Source: Tubulanus polymorphus
Lineage: Eukaryota; Animalia; Nemertea
Direction: 5' to 3'
DNA length: 64,000 nucleotides
Assembly (NCBI RefSeq): GCF_964204645.1
Contig: NC_134029.1
Span: 1,922,001 to 1,986,000, forward strand
The position numbers and the translations under genes were made by a program. The notes beneath the pieces were generated by a model that saw nothing but the letters and a program-made list of their open reading frames with translations, had not been told where the DNA came from and searched no databases. This document shows, in pieces, positions 1 through 13,217 of the stretch. The first letter of the stretch is position 1. Every line of letters begins with the position of its first letter.

Positions 1-3000
1 CATTGATTCCCAGTACACTGGTCACATGACCACAACGGGCCAGGGACAGATACCGATCTTTGGATAGATAAAATATCCGAGAATTCTGTAAACTTTAAGA
101 GAGCGAGAGAAAGAGATGTAATCGATTCAGTTGAATGACACTGTGTCACACAGACTTCACGTTGATTAATATGTACTGTACATATCGAACCAAGCATCAA
201 TTTAGCTAAGTGCCCCTATACACAAATTCCTAATTTCGCACGAGATAATGTCTTCGTGAAACATGAAATTGTTAAACTGTAACACAATATAACGTTGTAA
301 AAGTTAGTGGAACCCTCTTGTTGGTAAACTTGACTTGACGGCACCACTACAAGGGTGCGGACAGTTCCAACGATGAATCGGAGAAAAGTTACGCGGGAGA
401 AAACGGTGTTGCAAGACCTGCAATTCCATTTCAGTATCCCATCAGTTCAAATTCTAATGATTTAAGCTGATTTAGTATTTTGACCCACGGGGAATTGGTC
501 AGTCAGAAGATGGAACCATTCAAGAAGTTACCCTTGATTGAGAGAAGCTAATCAGATAAACTAGAACCGTAATTACGCTTCAATAACAGCTGAAGGGAAC
601 GTAGTTTCAGAGTCAAACGAGTTACGGCAATAATGCGATGTTGTATCTCCGCACCAGAAAATTCCACACGAAACAAAATCAACCCAAGCGAAAATATCAG
701 CTATTGACGACATCATTTCCGTGGATGCTAAAAAACTCAAGATTATCAACGATTTTTTAAGTACATTTATATATTTTAGCGGCATTGATTCGATGTGAAT
801 CTTGGTATTGATCGGCGGATCGATGGTGTGTATTTAGAAGACATTGATTTAAAGTCACCCAGTAAGACATGTTATACGTAAATCTAATGTCAAATCAATG
901 AATATTAATTAATACCTTCAAAAACAAATAAGTATGACCACGTTTTAGACCACGCCATTTTTTCGTATCCTTGTAACCATTTCAGATAATATTCGATAAC
1001 AACCATTCAGGACCACGAAACCTTTCTCTTTTCATTCGAACTTAGAACAATGTGGTTACCAACCCAGGGTAGGTTTTGACCCAAATATTAAAAAAAAAAA
1101 AAAACAAGTTCAAGCACAAAATTCTGAAGGTATGAATATTGTATTCCACGCTTACATTAGGAAATATACCTGGCAAAATTTGGGCTAGGAAAAAATGAAG
1201 CTATACATAGTATACATAAAAGAATCATGGATTTTTGATTGAATCCGTGCGGTGGGGGAGGGATCGGTATGGGCAACCACTTAAGACAACATGAATCTCT
1301 TTTCTCCATCAAAGTAAGACTACATTAGTCTTCTCTTCTTATGATCTAAAATTCCGTGTCCTTCTAGATTATCACAGAAGACCAATCCCCTAACCTTAAT
1401 AATCAATTCGCTAACACCACAGTAATATTGTTTCTGTTCCTCAGTGCGGGACGCGGGTGGGTACTATACTCCTCTTCTCGCAGGGGAATAAATCTCACTT
1501 GCAATCACGCATTTCCATTGAAATGACAAGCTATGGCTTTATGGCTTCACAACACGCTGCGAGCTTATACTGTGTGGACAATGTAGTCCTATCATTGAAA
1601 TGATGAAGAGAGAATTTATATCCTGAATAATACAGGGATGAGCTGTGAAAACGTCACTTATTCATTGCGTGGGCTGACTGTGTCGTATGGTTTTAAAAAT
1701 CACAGAAGAAATCGCACACCAAACAGCTGTAGCAGAGTTTGGGACTGATATTTCAAACTATAAATTCGAGCAAAAACATGATATTCCCTATTGAACCCGC
1801 TATCAACTCAATTCATAGATTATGAGGTCATCCAACTACCATCATAATCCAAACGACAACCAAGCCGAGGTGAAAAGCGAATGAAATAAGTATATTTACC
1901 ACTAGGGTCAGTTTTCAGGCATGACCTTAACCCCAAGGTTGATCAACTATTTTAGTCAGCCCCTACACATTGGTAGGCCTATATAGAACCATGGACTAAA
2001 AATGAATCGATTAATAGTCCATGATAGAACCAAGGACTTATGAGAACTGAGGCAGGGGTACAACCAATTGACCACACTTATCATACACTCAGAACGCAAA
2101 CCTTTTATGTTAGTCGCTTGTTCCGATAGATTTTCAGTTCTCTGTAACTCTTCTGTGGGAAACATGTATCTAATAGGAAGACTCGTGTAAAGACGGAGTG
2201 GATCCTCTAGGATATTCAACCTACTGAAAGCGACAAAATCCAGAAAGCTGTATATATTATCCTCTCGACCAACCCCCCCCCCGTGTTAGTGATTAATAGA
2301 CTGACTTGAAAGACTTGAAAAATGGATTGAGTTCCACAACAATCTACGAAAATTAATTGAAATTTCACAGTAAATCACGATTGATGCATGCATGTAAATC
2401 AATCATTAAATTAACAAACATGGCTATACTGGGTATAAACAAAATCGCAATTCTTCTGAATAATTCAAATACCCATAAGGCACAAAAACTTGTAACGACT
2501 CTAAATTGGAATGCTCCTTCGCTCCAATCATGTTCCATAATCCATATATTTTGATTTTTATTATCTGTTTCAAAATAATCAACCATTAAGTTCATTTCTA
2601 ATTTGTTCTATTATTAGTTAAATTGAAAGACACATTTTCAGTACTTCAGAAAACAGATTCTTACTTACTATATATGGTATATTTATGATTGTAACGGTAT
2701 GTATGTTCCGTATTTGAGGTTGAAATATCCTGATTGTTTTTACATATAACCACAAGCGGTGACACACGTGTGAATGATAGCTAGTCAGCTAAGTGTTCTA
2801 CCATCTGTACTGTCGTCGCAGTAACATTGCGTGCTGCCATCAGGTGGCCAAATCCCAAACTGTCGACCGGATTATGCAAAATTGATAGCATCGGAACAGA
2901 TGTCAAGAGTGAAGATTTTGAATTAGCAATCATCAGAATAACGGTGTTTAAAGGAAATGCATGGAATTGTTGTCGAGAATTCATACGTAGTCAAATCCCA

Positions 3001-4000
3001 AGAGTTAGAGAAACATCGTTTTGAATGCCTTCATTAAGAGATTCAAGGGAGGAAATTAGAATATATAAATCAGTTCTGGAATGACTTTTATTGCTCCCTT
3101 AATGGTTTAACTAATGACCTTCTATAATTACTCATCCTCTGGGTTCATATCATTGATATTTAAAAATTGAATAAAATCCGATGATTTCCACTGAGAATCT
3201 GCAATTAACTAACGTACAATATTATGTTCATTCACTCAATCAATCAGCGGCTTTAATCTCTGCAGCAGCGGTACTGGCCAGATAATTATTGACTTGTTAC
3301 GACAGTTGAAGTGGTCCTAATGTAGAAGTCGAAAGAGGATTAAGGATCAAGGGTAGACGAAATAAAGTCAAATCCTGGATTCCTCCACAGTATGACAGCC
3401 ACAGACAATAAATGAAGATGTTTTCTATTAGGATGTACATGTACATATAAAACTTTATTCGACCAAAAAGATATAAATGAATGAATGCATGTGAGGGTAA
3501 CATGATAAATGCATAAGGAACCAGCCTCACACACAAGGGGTCTATATACATAAGTGAGCTGCTTTGAATCCGTTTCGAGATGTATTTCAGCTGAATTATT
3601 TTACTAATAGACACAGCACAGACAAATCGATTAATAAGTTATTCATAAAATTGAAAAAAGCCGCTGCAATAAACTAAAGACATAGACTTTAAAACTAGAG
3701 CTATATATACAACATTCTACACAAGGTAAATTGAAGTTTATAAAACTATTACATGTAAATTACTTAAAGCACGGACCTGTTCCTCAGTAAACTCAAAACA
3801 GTTGACTCCATACGAATTGAATTAGTTCATTCATCAGACAACCGTGAGGGTCCATATCAAATCCATTTTTTGCCATAGCTTAATATTAGAAACTCAACCA
3901 GTTGTCATTCCGATAAACTAGAGATTTATAACTAATACCGACAAAATAAACTATAAAACTGATTAAAATCATTGAAAATACTATCATCAATATCATGTGT

Positions 4001-4157
4001 AGGATCATTCATTCATTACGTACGAAAATTGAATTTTTCAACCCTCCCCCTCTGTACGCAAAATCGGCCATTTTTTCATATACATTAAGCATTACAGTAC
4101 GCAATTGCACCGACCCCTCCCCCTCCCCTAACGTGTACGTAATAAACGAATGACCCC
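4001..4157. mobile_element. Short non-autonomous DNA transposon (MITE) just downstream of the CEP120 stop, probably in its 3' UTR
   Basis: Imperfect ~23-bp terminal inverted repeats: aggatcattcattcattacgtac ... gtacgtaataaacgaatgacccc (4 mismatches). Internal C-rich tracts, no coding capacity. Superfamily not assigned. Confidence 0.7.
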
Positions 4158-4335
4158 AACAGAGAAAGAGAATACAAGTATAAAACTAACCCCATTTACC
4201 ATAGATACATTCATATCGTAGATTAAGTACAAAGAGCCAACAGAATATATAAATGCTTACATAACTAACAGACCAGCTGTAAATCATCGTAAATGCTTTC
4301 ACAGTTTCTTATTGGGTTTAAAACAAACGAAATAT

Positions 4336-7300
4336 TCAAGCATCAGCTTTGTTCGTTTGGATAGCTTCACGAATCTGGCGATCTAATTCAGAAATGATTC
4401 TATCTTCGTTCGTATAAACACCTGTTCTCAGCAGAGCATCTCTCTCTTCAATCAGTCTCGCGATGTGATCATCAAAACTGGCGTCTAAATCCGGTTTTAA
4501 TAATTCCATCTCGTCGCTCTCCGGACTCACTGACTTAGATCTCTTTTCTTCTTGTTCTTTCAACCTATAGATCAAATAATTTCCTACAGTTGTAACTAAT
4601 CTATTCGAATTTGACTAGATTTCATTTGTTACGACGATACTCACTTATTGATTTCATTTTTAATATCTTCCAATTCTTTCATTTCTGATTTGACGACCTC
4701 TTTCTCCTCGGCCGCCAGATATCTCAGTCTCATGTGTTCTAATTCTTGGTGTTGTTTTCTCAGTAAAGCCTTCGCGTGTTCTTGCTCTTTTTGTTTTAAA
4801 CGCGCTAACTCTTTCAACGCTCGACCCCACTGCTGTTTGTAGTGTACTTTAGATTTAGTGATAGCGTCGAGTTTCCTCTCTAATTCCACCTGGATAATCA
4901 ATATATGAGATTAGAGAAACCAGACTCCTTCCTCAGGGATATTACCTTCTAATAGGATTAGAGCACTGAATCTTACCTTCTCGAGCGTAAGCAGATTGAT
5001 TTCTGATTGTAATCGTACTTCTGGTTTCGTGTTCTGTTGCTCTTTATACAATTGAAATTCACGGTCCAGATTTTGGTTTTTTCTTTCGGCATCTTCCAAC
5101 TGAAAATAGACGCTTTATACTCAACAAACGTCCGAATAAGATTTCATTCATGTTTGTGTGAATTTTAAATAATACACTTACCTGTGTTTTACATTTATTG
5201 ATAACTTCTTGCAGTTCTCTGTTCTTCATTCTGTAAGAAATTCAACAGTTATTCAGTATTTTAACCAGTGAATTGTAAAACTCAAACGCAGCCGTTGAAG
5301 CGTTACTCACTTCTCTATTTCAATCTGATGATCGCAATCCTCTTTCATGCGTCTTGACGCTTCTCGCGTTTCGAGAATTTTTCTCTCATGCTGACGTTCT
5401 AGATCTGAGCGATGTTTGGAAACCTGAAGAGAAAATTCATTTTCAATTAAACGATCGTAGAATGAATTAGAACCGAAGAACTGCGGAACTGGATCCAGTT
5501 CGAGGTGTTGTAGTTATCTCATACCTCCTGTTCACCATCAGTTAATGCTTTCTGTCTTTTCTCAAAATCTGCAATTGTTCGTTTCAAATGTTCTTCAAGT
5601 TGTGTATATTCAGCAACCTGTATAGATGAGACCAGGAATATGTTAACTGAAACAATGACTGCAACTACTTTTTATTAACACATTAAGGATGTAGTGTTTT
5701 ACCTTCTTTTTGACGAGTAATTCCCTTTCTCTGTCCCTTCTCTTCCACTCTTCTGCCAGTGTTTTCATATGCTGGAATTCTTTCTCTTTCAACTAATTTA
5801 GAATGAGTTTACATTCAAATGAGTGATAGTTCATGTAAAGACATGTAGATGTCAGCACTAGTCTGGTAACAACATACCTTGTTCTCGAACATATTTTCCT
5901 GTAATTCCTTCCACATTTCTAGTTCCATGGCTGCCTGATATTCAGCAGTTTCTCGCTGTTCAGTTACAGTCGGTTCTGTCGGTTTCGCAATTTCTTCTGA
6001 CAAAGTCTAATTGAAAATTTACAACTATCAGAACACATTTTACTAACTTAAGCATGAATCAGAATGGAATATTTACTTACTAGTGATTCAGATGGGTATG
6101 TGACCTGTTGGGTTTGAACACTACCTTTATCTTCAAGGTTCAGAGTTACAAAAAGATCAGCGATTTTCTTTTGGGCCCTGAAGATGGATGGAGAATAGTT
6201 TATAGTATCAGCTCGAGGTTTTCTAAGTCTGTTTTGTTCTCCAAATCTTACCCCGATTTAGCATTAACGGGAACTAAAGAACTGAATGCCTGCCTCCAAC
6301 CAATAGAACTGTTAGGTTGCTAGAAAATAACAAACAGGGAAGAAGCCAATCAGAAAGGAGGAATTTGACAAGTCTTCGGTAAACTATTTCACATAATCAG
6401 TTAGGTTAGATTCATACCTGAACTCTAGATTTATCAGCGGTCAAAACACTTTGCAATGGTAACTGACACAAACCAATCATAAAATCCTGTGATTTCTGTC
6501 GATCTCGATCCCACACTTCAACAACTAATGGTAAACTATAGAAAAGAATTCATCATTAGAAACAGAGATTGAAAAATAATAATAAGTTACTTTCTTCATA
6601 TAGCGCAACATCTTCAATGTTATCTCAGCACTTTACATAAGGAGACAAAAATTCAGCAAGCCTTAGACAATTACTCAACATCAAATTATCAATCAATTTG
6701 ACAAAGAATTAAGATGAATAATTTCGTTTTAAAACTCAGACTGAAATCAGAAGCCGATGACTATCCACTACTCAAATACAGTAAAAACTCGATAAACTCA
6801 CGTTCTGAATGTATCCTCTAACTGTTTCACGGTTGTGGCAAAATCAAACGCGCAGAATGATTGCGGAAGAGCGACTTGCATTCCTTTACGCACTTCTACA
6901 GGAGGACTAGTCATTACTGGCGCAGAACTCCCGAAAAATGGATACACATATCTACAATATCAAAACGTTCATTTGATAATTGCCTGACAGAAGTCTGTGA
7001 ATTGTAAGTGATTAAACTCTAACTGACCTCGTATAAACATTCAGCGGTACGTTTGAATCGAGATTTGAAATCAATCTCAGGTCAATAGAGAAGTTAAAAT
7101 GATGAGCCTGTGGTGGGATAGATACGTGGTGTTGTGTGGCACTACTTTGAGAAACTGCATCTGAAAATATATAACATTACATTGTGCAGACAAACATCAG
7201 CTGTTGAGTAAAGTGTGAATATAAAATTGTATTTACCATGAACTACTGAGTGTAGCGTAGGTAGAACTGGTGAACTAGGAGGTAATGCTGCTGCTGGAAC

Positions 7301-10300
7301 CACGTGAACAGTTTTTTCAGGTGTTTGTTTCTTCTGTTCTTCTCGAATACTGGGAACATTCTCTTCTGTTTTCTCACTAATGAAATCCTCGGTATAATCA
7401 TCATCCGTTCGAGGTTTCGTTGTTGGAGCAGGTTGAGGTTTCGATTCAGTCGTTTTAGTTTTTGATTTTTGTTTCTTTTCGTCAGTTGGTTTTGGTGGAG
7501 ATTTCTTCTTTTCTTCAGTTGCTCCTGCTACTGCAGTGGCTTGATCTGCTTCTTGTTTTGATGGACTCGGCGGCGACACCTAGTAGAATTACATACCAAT
7601 GATACTTGAGGGTTCTTACAGTCCAGGGAATCCAAAATTACTGCGATTAAATCATAAAATATTCTCAGTGGGGACGGTTTCTCTTTACGAGGTTCTACGT
7701 GCCACTTGAAACCAGCAAGAAAAAGACACCAAAAGTTCAAATTTACTGACTTTTCAAGAAGAGTCAGAATTCCCTGATCTTTAAGAACCATACAGTATTC
7801 CTACACCCAGAGATATTGAAATACTAATTTACTACATTTATGATATCATGATCGATCACATATTTTACCTGTTCTTCCTTACGAAGCATGATTGAAATTC
7901 CCACAGACGGAGCTGTGTCCGGTGCAATAGGCGCCATCTGGCTGCGAACTCGAGCGGGTGCCAATAACTAAAATCAAATCAAATCATAAAAGATCACTTC
8001 ATAAGATAACGACATAAGCTTCACTACTAAACATCTATTGAGAGATCATAAGTAAATACCTCGAATATACTTTCAATCAGCACAGGTCTCATGTATATTT
8101 CAGTGCTGTCTTTCTTCAACAGTTGATTCAGACTGATGTTAGTACTACCAAGAGACTGATCCCCGCAACAGAGATGAACCTGTAAGCCGGGCTGTTTCTC
8201 GAGAAACGCTCGCAGCACGTCGAGACTGCTGCGCACTCGCACGGTCGAACGCTCCGCCGCGAATTTAGCGTCCAACAAATCGTAAAACGGTTCGATTGTC
8301 ACGTCATTTCCTAGCAACGAGTAATAGAAGAAAAATCCACCCGGACCGGCGGGCAATGGCTGACTTGATGGAACCAACTGGAAAATAAATTTAACCGATT
8401 TTTCGCATAAAATTCACCAAACTTGTCGGAAGTTGAAACTGGATAGCGATTCGAATAATACGCACTTGTGTTAAATTTGAAGCGAATGCAATCGTTACGC
8501 TTAAACAAAATAATTCCGAGCATGAATCATCGGGACCGATCTGATAATAACCTTCTTCTTCAATCAATACCGGCTTCAATAACTGTACATCAATATTCTG
8601 AAGTGAAGCCGCTCCTGAAGTCGGCGCTACACAGAAAAATGAAGAACAATAATTTTTTAGCATCAAATACAGTAAAATGGGCAGCATATTCATAGAAATT
8701 GTGAATTTGTGAAGTTTTTTTAAAGTGTAAAAGTAAAACCTTGTCCAATTCTGCCTGGAGCGTTTCTAGCTTTGAATCCTTGTTGCTCAGTATTAGAATC
8801 ATCATCGATATAAATACCGATTCTAACTTCCGGTTTCGATCGACTGTATTTACCATGAAGCAGTGGATACCATTTAGCGGTCTGAAAATTTCAATTACAG
8901 CCTATCGATAAGTTCAACTTTACTATGGATATTGCTTCATTCATCCCTCCAAACCCACTAAAAGCGTCACTCAGGGCATCATTGACTCGTTTGAGGTTTC
9001 AACCCGCTGAGCGTCACTCAGGGCATTATCAACAGGTTCAAAGTTTCTTCTCCAAAATTAAGGGGACAGAGAATAACTTAGAAACTCTACCACAACCAGC
9101 AGTCAAACCCATAATTCCTGAATAATGAGTCCAAGACAAATTTGTAGCCTATGCGAGACAGATTTAAGATATATCAGAATTAATACTTGACTTGCTGTAT
9201 CCCTGACCACACCCTGATATGCACGCCGATTTCCTCGACTGCTCATTAACACAATCAAATACAAGAGAGAAAATGGTTTGATTATACAGACACTAGTAAT
9301 CGCAACTAATGTCCCTGACTTTTTACTTAGCTTTAAACAAAATTCCTTGACTTTTTTTAAAGAAATGAAAATTCCCCAACTTTCTCCCGATTTCCCGGTA
9401 AGTGACCACGAAACAGCCAGTTCTACTACTCACCTGAACATTCGATGCAGATCGTAAATCAAGCATCACATACCCGACTGGTTCCCTCATTGTACTCTGA
9501 GTATCTACAGCATAATACTGAACTTTAATAGAACTCCTCTGTAAACGGTGCTGCGATAAACCTTTCTTATCTAATTCCCACGCGATCTCTTGAGTAAAAT
9601 CAGGATTCTCCGAGTGTTCCACGGGGTCAGTAGCCAGCAGTTCTCCGTCGAATCGAGCTTCCGCTATCAATTTATGTTTCGGCCGACGGGGAAACTTGCG
9701 CCCTGCATAACAGAATTTAACAGATACAGCACGCCAGCTGATCAACAGCCATAACTAATGAATGGGGAAGTAATTAAAGCCTTCTAGTATGGCTACAGAA
9801 TATTGCTACAGTCCCGCTAAACAATGGTTAGATACTCGAGGTGTTCTTATTAAGCAACTCGTATTAAATCGCTTTTATCCGTCAATTACTTTCATGTGAT
9901 ACGAATCAAATCACCTTAAATAAATGACTCTCTAGAGCCGTAATCTGAATTTTCTGCGATTGAAAAAGCCGCCATTTTGTTTTTCGGTGTACAAATGATC
10001 TCTACTGTCACGGGCACCATCATTCAAATCGAATCAAAGCGCTATGAGGTACGATTAGGTTACGTTTTACATAAATTGACGGGGTGAGCAAATCCTTGTA
10101 ATCGCGTTGCTTAAATGAACGATTTGATCCATGTTCATACACGAGTTGCTATTATTCCTCCAGGTCAGGAGTCACACTCTTTATCAATCCTCACCCTCTG
10201 TTCTCTCTCTCCATCCCCAACCCTCCAACTCAAATTCATTTTTCCTCACTTGCTCTCGGTCCCCCCTCGGCCTCACTCGTCTCCAGCCATGTTGACTGTT

Positions 10301-10415
10301 GTTGGACTTTTTTTTGTTGGCTCGACCACAATTTTCGCGCGGATTAGGTCGAATAGAATAATTTCTCACCTTCTAAAACTGCTACAACCACTAAAAAACG
10401 TTCTTTAATCGGCAT
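4336..10415 (-). CDS. CEP120: Centrosomal protein of 120 kDa (N-terminal C2 domains, C-terminal coiled coil); about 20 coding exons
   Basis: Exon 1 (10370-10415, [16 protein letters not shown]) joins in phase 1 to exon 2 (9434-9702, [29 protein letters not shown]...[10 protein letters not shown]...HRLQRSSIK), then exon 3 (8740-8881, [12 protein letters not shown]). Later exons include [22 protein letters not shown]...[60 protein letters not shown] and [29 protein letters not shown]. These match remembered vertebrate CEP120 motifs in order. Not every internal boundary was verified. Confidence 0.95.
9915..9979 (-). promoter_or_regulatory. YY1-type motif (CAAAATGGCGGC) and candidate alternative non-coding first exon in CEP120 intron 1
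   Basis: Minus strand reads aaacaaaATGGCGGCTTTT...TTTATTTAAG|gtgatt. The motif is at 9968-9979, a 19-codon ORF ends at TAA 9916-9918, and a donor follows 9915. Confidence 0.4.
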
Positions 10416-10780
10416 TTTGTATAAATTGGGGGGCTTTATGTTGTAGTGTATTGTAACCAGATACAAATATAAATCTGCAACAAACGGACGGAAACTCTCT
10501 CAGATATCTCGATATATTTTGAATCGATTCAAATTTCCACCTAAAGCCAAGGCGAACTGTTGCACATGGCGTCACGAGCTCACTGCCTCGTTCTAGGCTT
10601 GTCGGGGCCTTGCGCGCCATGTGGTAACCAATAAAAGGAAAATAGAATGCCATATGCAGCTGATGCTTTATGTACTTTATTCATTGTCGGGATAACAAAA
10701 ATTCGAGTCAATAGTAGCAAAAATATCGTAAATCCGGATTAGGATTCTTGAATATGCATCCCCTGCTCCTTGTCACCGAT

Positions 10781-11460
10781 CAATTCAATTCAAGATTTAT
10801 TGCATCCGTATAATGACAAAATTACATGGGACCGACACGGCAATAAGATATTAATACAAAGAGACACCGACTAATGATAACATAACATAATAGGAGAGTC
10901 ACTTTTTAAACTTGAAAATACAATCTACAATGCATAGGCCTATACATAATCTACTGCGTTTCAAGATCGAGAAAGATCGAGATCGAGAATTGTCGAAAAG
11001 TTACAATTTAGGCGACCAAATGAGTCCGAGTACCGGCAATCCGCAACGTGGGGATTTTTGTGTAGAGTGTGAACTGATTGTGGTCAGATCCTCATGATTA
11101 AATTAGACAAGAAACGGCAGAATTTCCGAGGATCCGCCTGCTCCAATACAAACATACATAACTGAGGATGGACAGTAGTAGAATCTGACTCGTGAAGATC
11201 AGGATATATTTTTGTTAAAACAGGTGGATGAATAATAATCACGACGATTACAATAGGTTTTTTCTGTGAAACAACATAAAAGCCTAATAACCACCAGACT
11301 GAAACATCCAGACTGGGCGGCTTAGGATACAAGAGAGCTACATAAAAAGAAACTCCATCGACAATCTCCTAAGGAAACCACCAATTTGTATTCAAAACGC
11401 TAACAAGACCTGGGCAGACAAATCAGAAAAGTCTGCCGCATGCAAACCCAGATGAAATGT
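10781..11460 (-). mobile_element. Possible decayed 3' end of a non-LTR retrotransposon
   Basis: Minus-strand AATAAA followed by a (TTGAA)n tail at 10781-10803; a similar tail is on the plus strand at 12501-12523. Upstream sequence holds only broken ORFs, and no RT motif was recognised. Confidence 0.3.
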
Positions 11461-11491
11461 GGTCAACCTTCCGAACAATGACCAAAAAACT

Positions 11492-11791
11492 CATGGCCGG
11501 CGGTGGCGGCCTTGGCCGGACCAAAACTTTGCCGACCATGTTTCACTTTTTGACTTAATATATGTTAATGCTGATAATAATCGTACTAAATTTTGCATAA
11601 AATCTATAGTATCATCTTGCCGTGAATTGTGTCCCGATGTAAGGGGATTTATTTCATATATCTCATGCCAGAATTTCGTTAAAACGCTCCTCCTGGTTTT
11701 AAATATTTCAAAAGCTTTTTCAAATAGAGGACCCCCGAATCCCCTACCAGTGCTTGGCCGGACCAATGTGTTTTTCCTTCCGCCGGCCCTG
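11492..11791. mobile_element. MITE-like element with GC-rich terminal inverted repeats
   Basis: catggccggcgg (11492-11503) ... ccgccggccctg (11780-11791), 11/12 inverted match. Subterminal direct repeat cttggccggacca at ~11511 and ~11753. No clear TSD. Confidence 0.6.
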
Positions 11792-12257
11792 AAACAGTCA
11801 AGACGAAATACTGCAGTCATAAAAAATCTTCTTAATAAACAACAGCCTGGAGCTCTTAAACATGTCATTTGTAAGCGGCTGGTTGATGTATCGGCAGGCT
11901 GGCTGGGGAACTGGCATTTACACCAGCGGTACAGGATTCCATCCAGCAGGAACAACAAGGCAGTTAAACCTTATATGTACAATCTTTATTGCATCCCGGA
12001 ATGAGAAAATGATTATCATAGCTTTACATAGTCTTTATATACAGAATCATGAGTATAATGTGAGAACTAGGTGTCAGACAAGTTGTAGACATCAGGACTC
12101 ACAAACAAACACCTAGTGACATGTTTGAGAGACATTAATTAATTATCGATGAGCACTGACTAATAGCTAATTATCGTGAAAACATGTTGAGTAATGTCAC
12201 ATGTTGATTACGACCTTAAAGCACATATTGACACTATAGTCATAAGTTATATTATAT

Positions 12258-12765
12258 TATTATTAGGGTTTTCTGACTTTCGTCGAAAACCCTCTTGAAA
12301 TTCTGTTGATTATTATTATTATTATATATTTTCCGCCGATTTCGTCAAATAAAATTCATCTTCATTCAGATTCGGCAACTGACAGCTTCGAAACGAAATG
12401 TATAAATTGATACTGTAATAACGGTCTCTCTGAACCAACAGATTGTCTGAATGTACTTTCCATCCTATTTGAAACTTAAAATTACTTATTAGGTTACTGT
12501 AAATAAAGAATTGAATTGAATTGTTAGACAACAAGCACCGGCGAAATAACAGTTTGTGACGTCATTTAGTAAGTAAATAAAGGAGGGCTCCGAGAATTTC
12601 CAAATCACGGGGACTTTACTGGGTTAGACCATTCAACCAAAAAGAGGATTGCTCCGATAATATCCAAATCATCTCATTTTATTTTTTCCATCGAATACCC
12701 GGTAATTTTTCATTTCGATCACATGCATCCAGAAAACCCGTTATCGCTGCTTTGCAGCTATATTT
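12258..12765 (+). mobile_element. Non-autonomous Helentron/DINE-1-like (HINE) rolling-circle element
   Basis: 5' subTIR agggttttc (12265-12273) pairs with a nearby inverted copy gaaaaccct (12285-12293). There is a short internal (TAT)n, a 3' subTIR cagaaaaccc (12730-12739), a 3' hairpin gctgc-ttt-gcagc (12746-12758) and a T-rich end. This is the known HINE architecture. Confidence 0.7.

Positions 12766-13217
<452 letters not shown>

Noticed and set aside
335-830. Possible 5' exons of a further minus-strand gene (ORF 573-785, acceptor at ~418)
   Set aside because: No recognisable protein similarity or consistent exon chain within the window, so it cannot be supported.
8963-9026. Direct repeat agcgtcactcagggcat x2, superficially repeat-spacer-like
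   Set aside because: Only two copies in a eukaryotic intron with no cas genes; an ordinary local duplication, not CRISPR.
10555-10630. RFX X-box-like sequences upstream of CEP120
   Set aside because: Only half-site or gapped matches (gttgcacatggcgtc, gccatgtggtaac), too weak to call.
11459-12116. Overlapping 181-, 155- and 84-aa ORFs
   Set aside because: They run across a MITE and its flanks, with no recognisable domain or splice structure.
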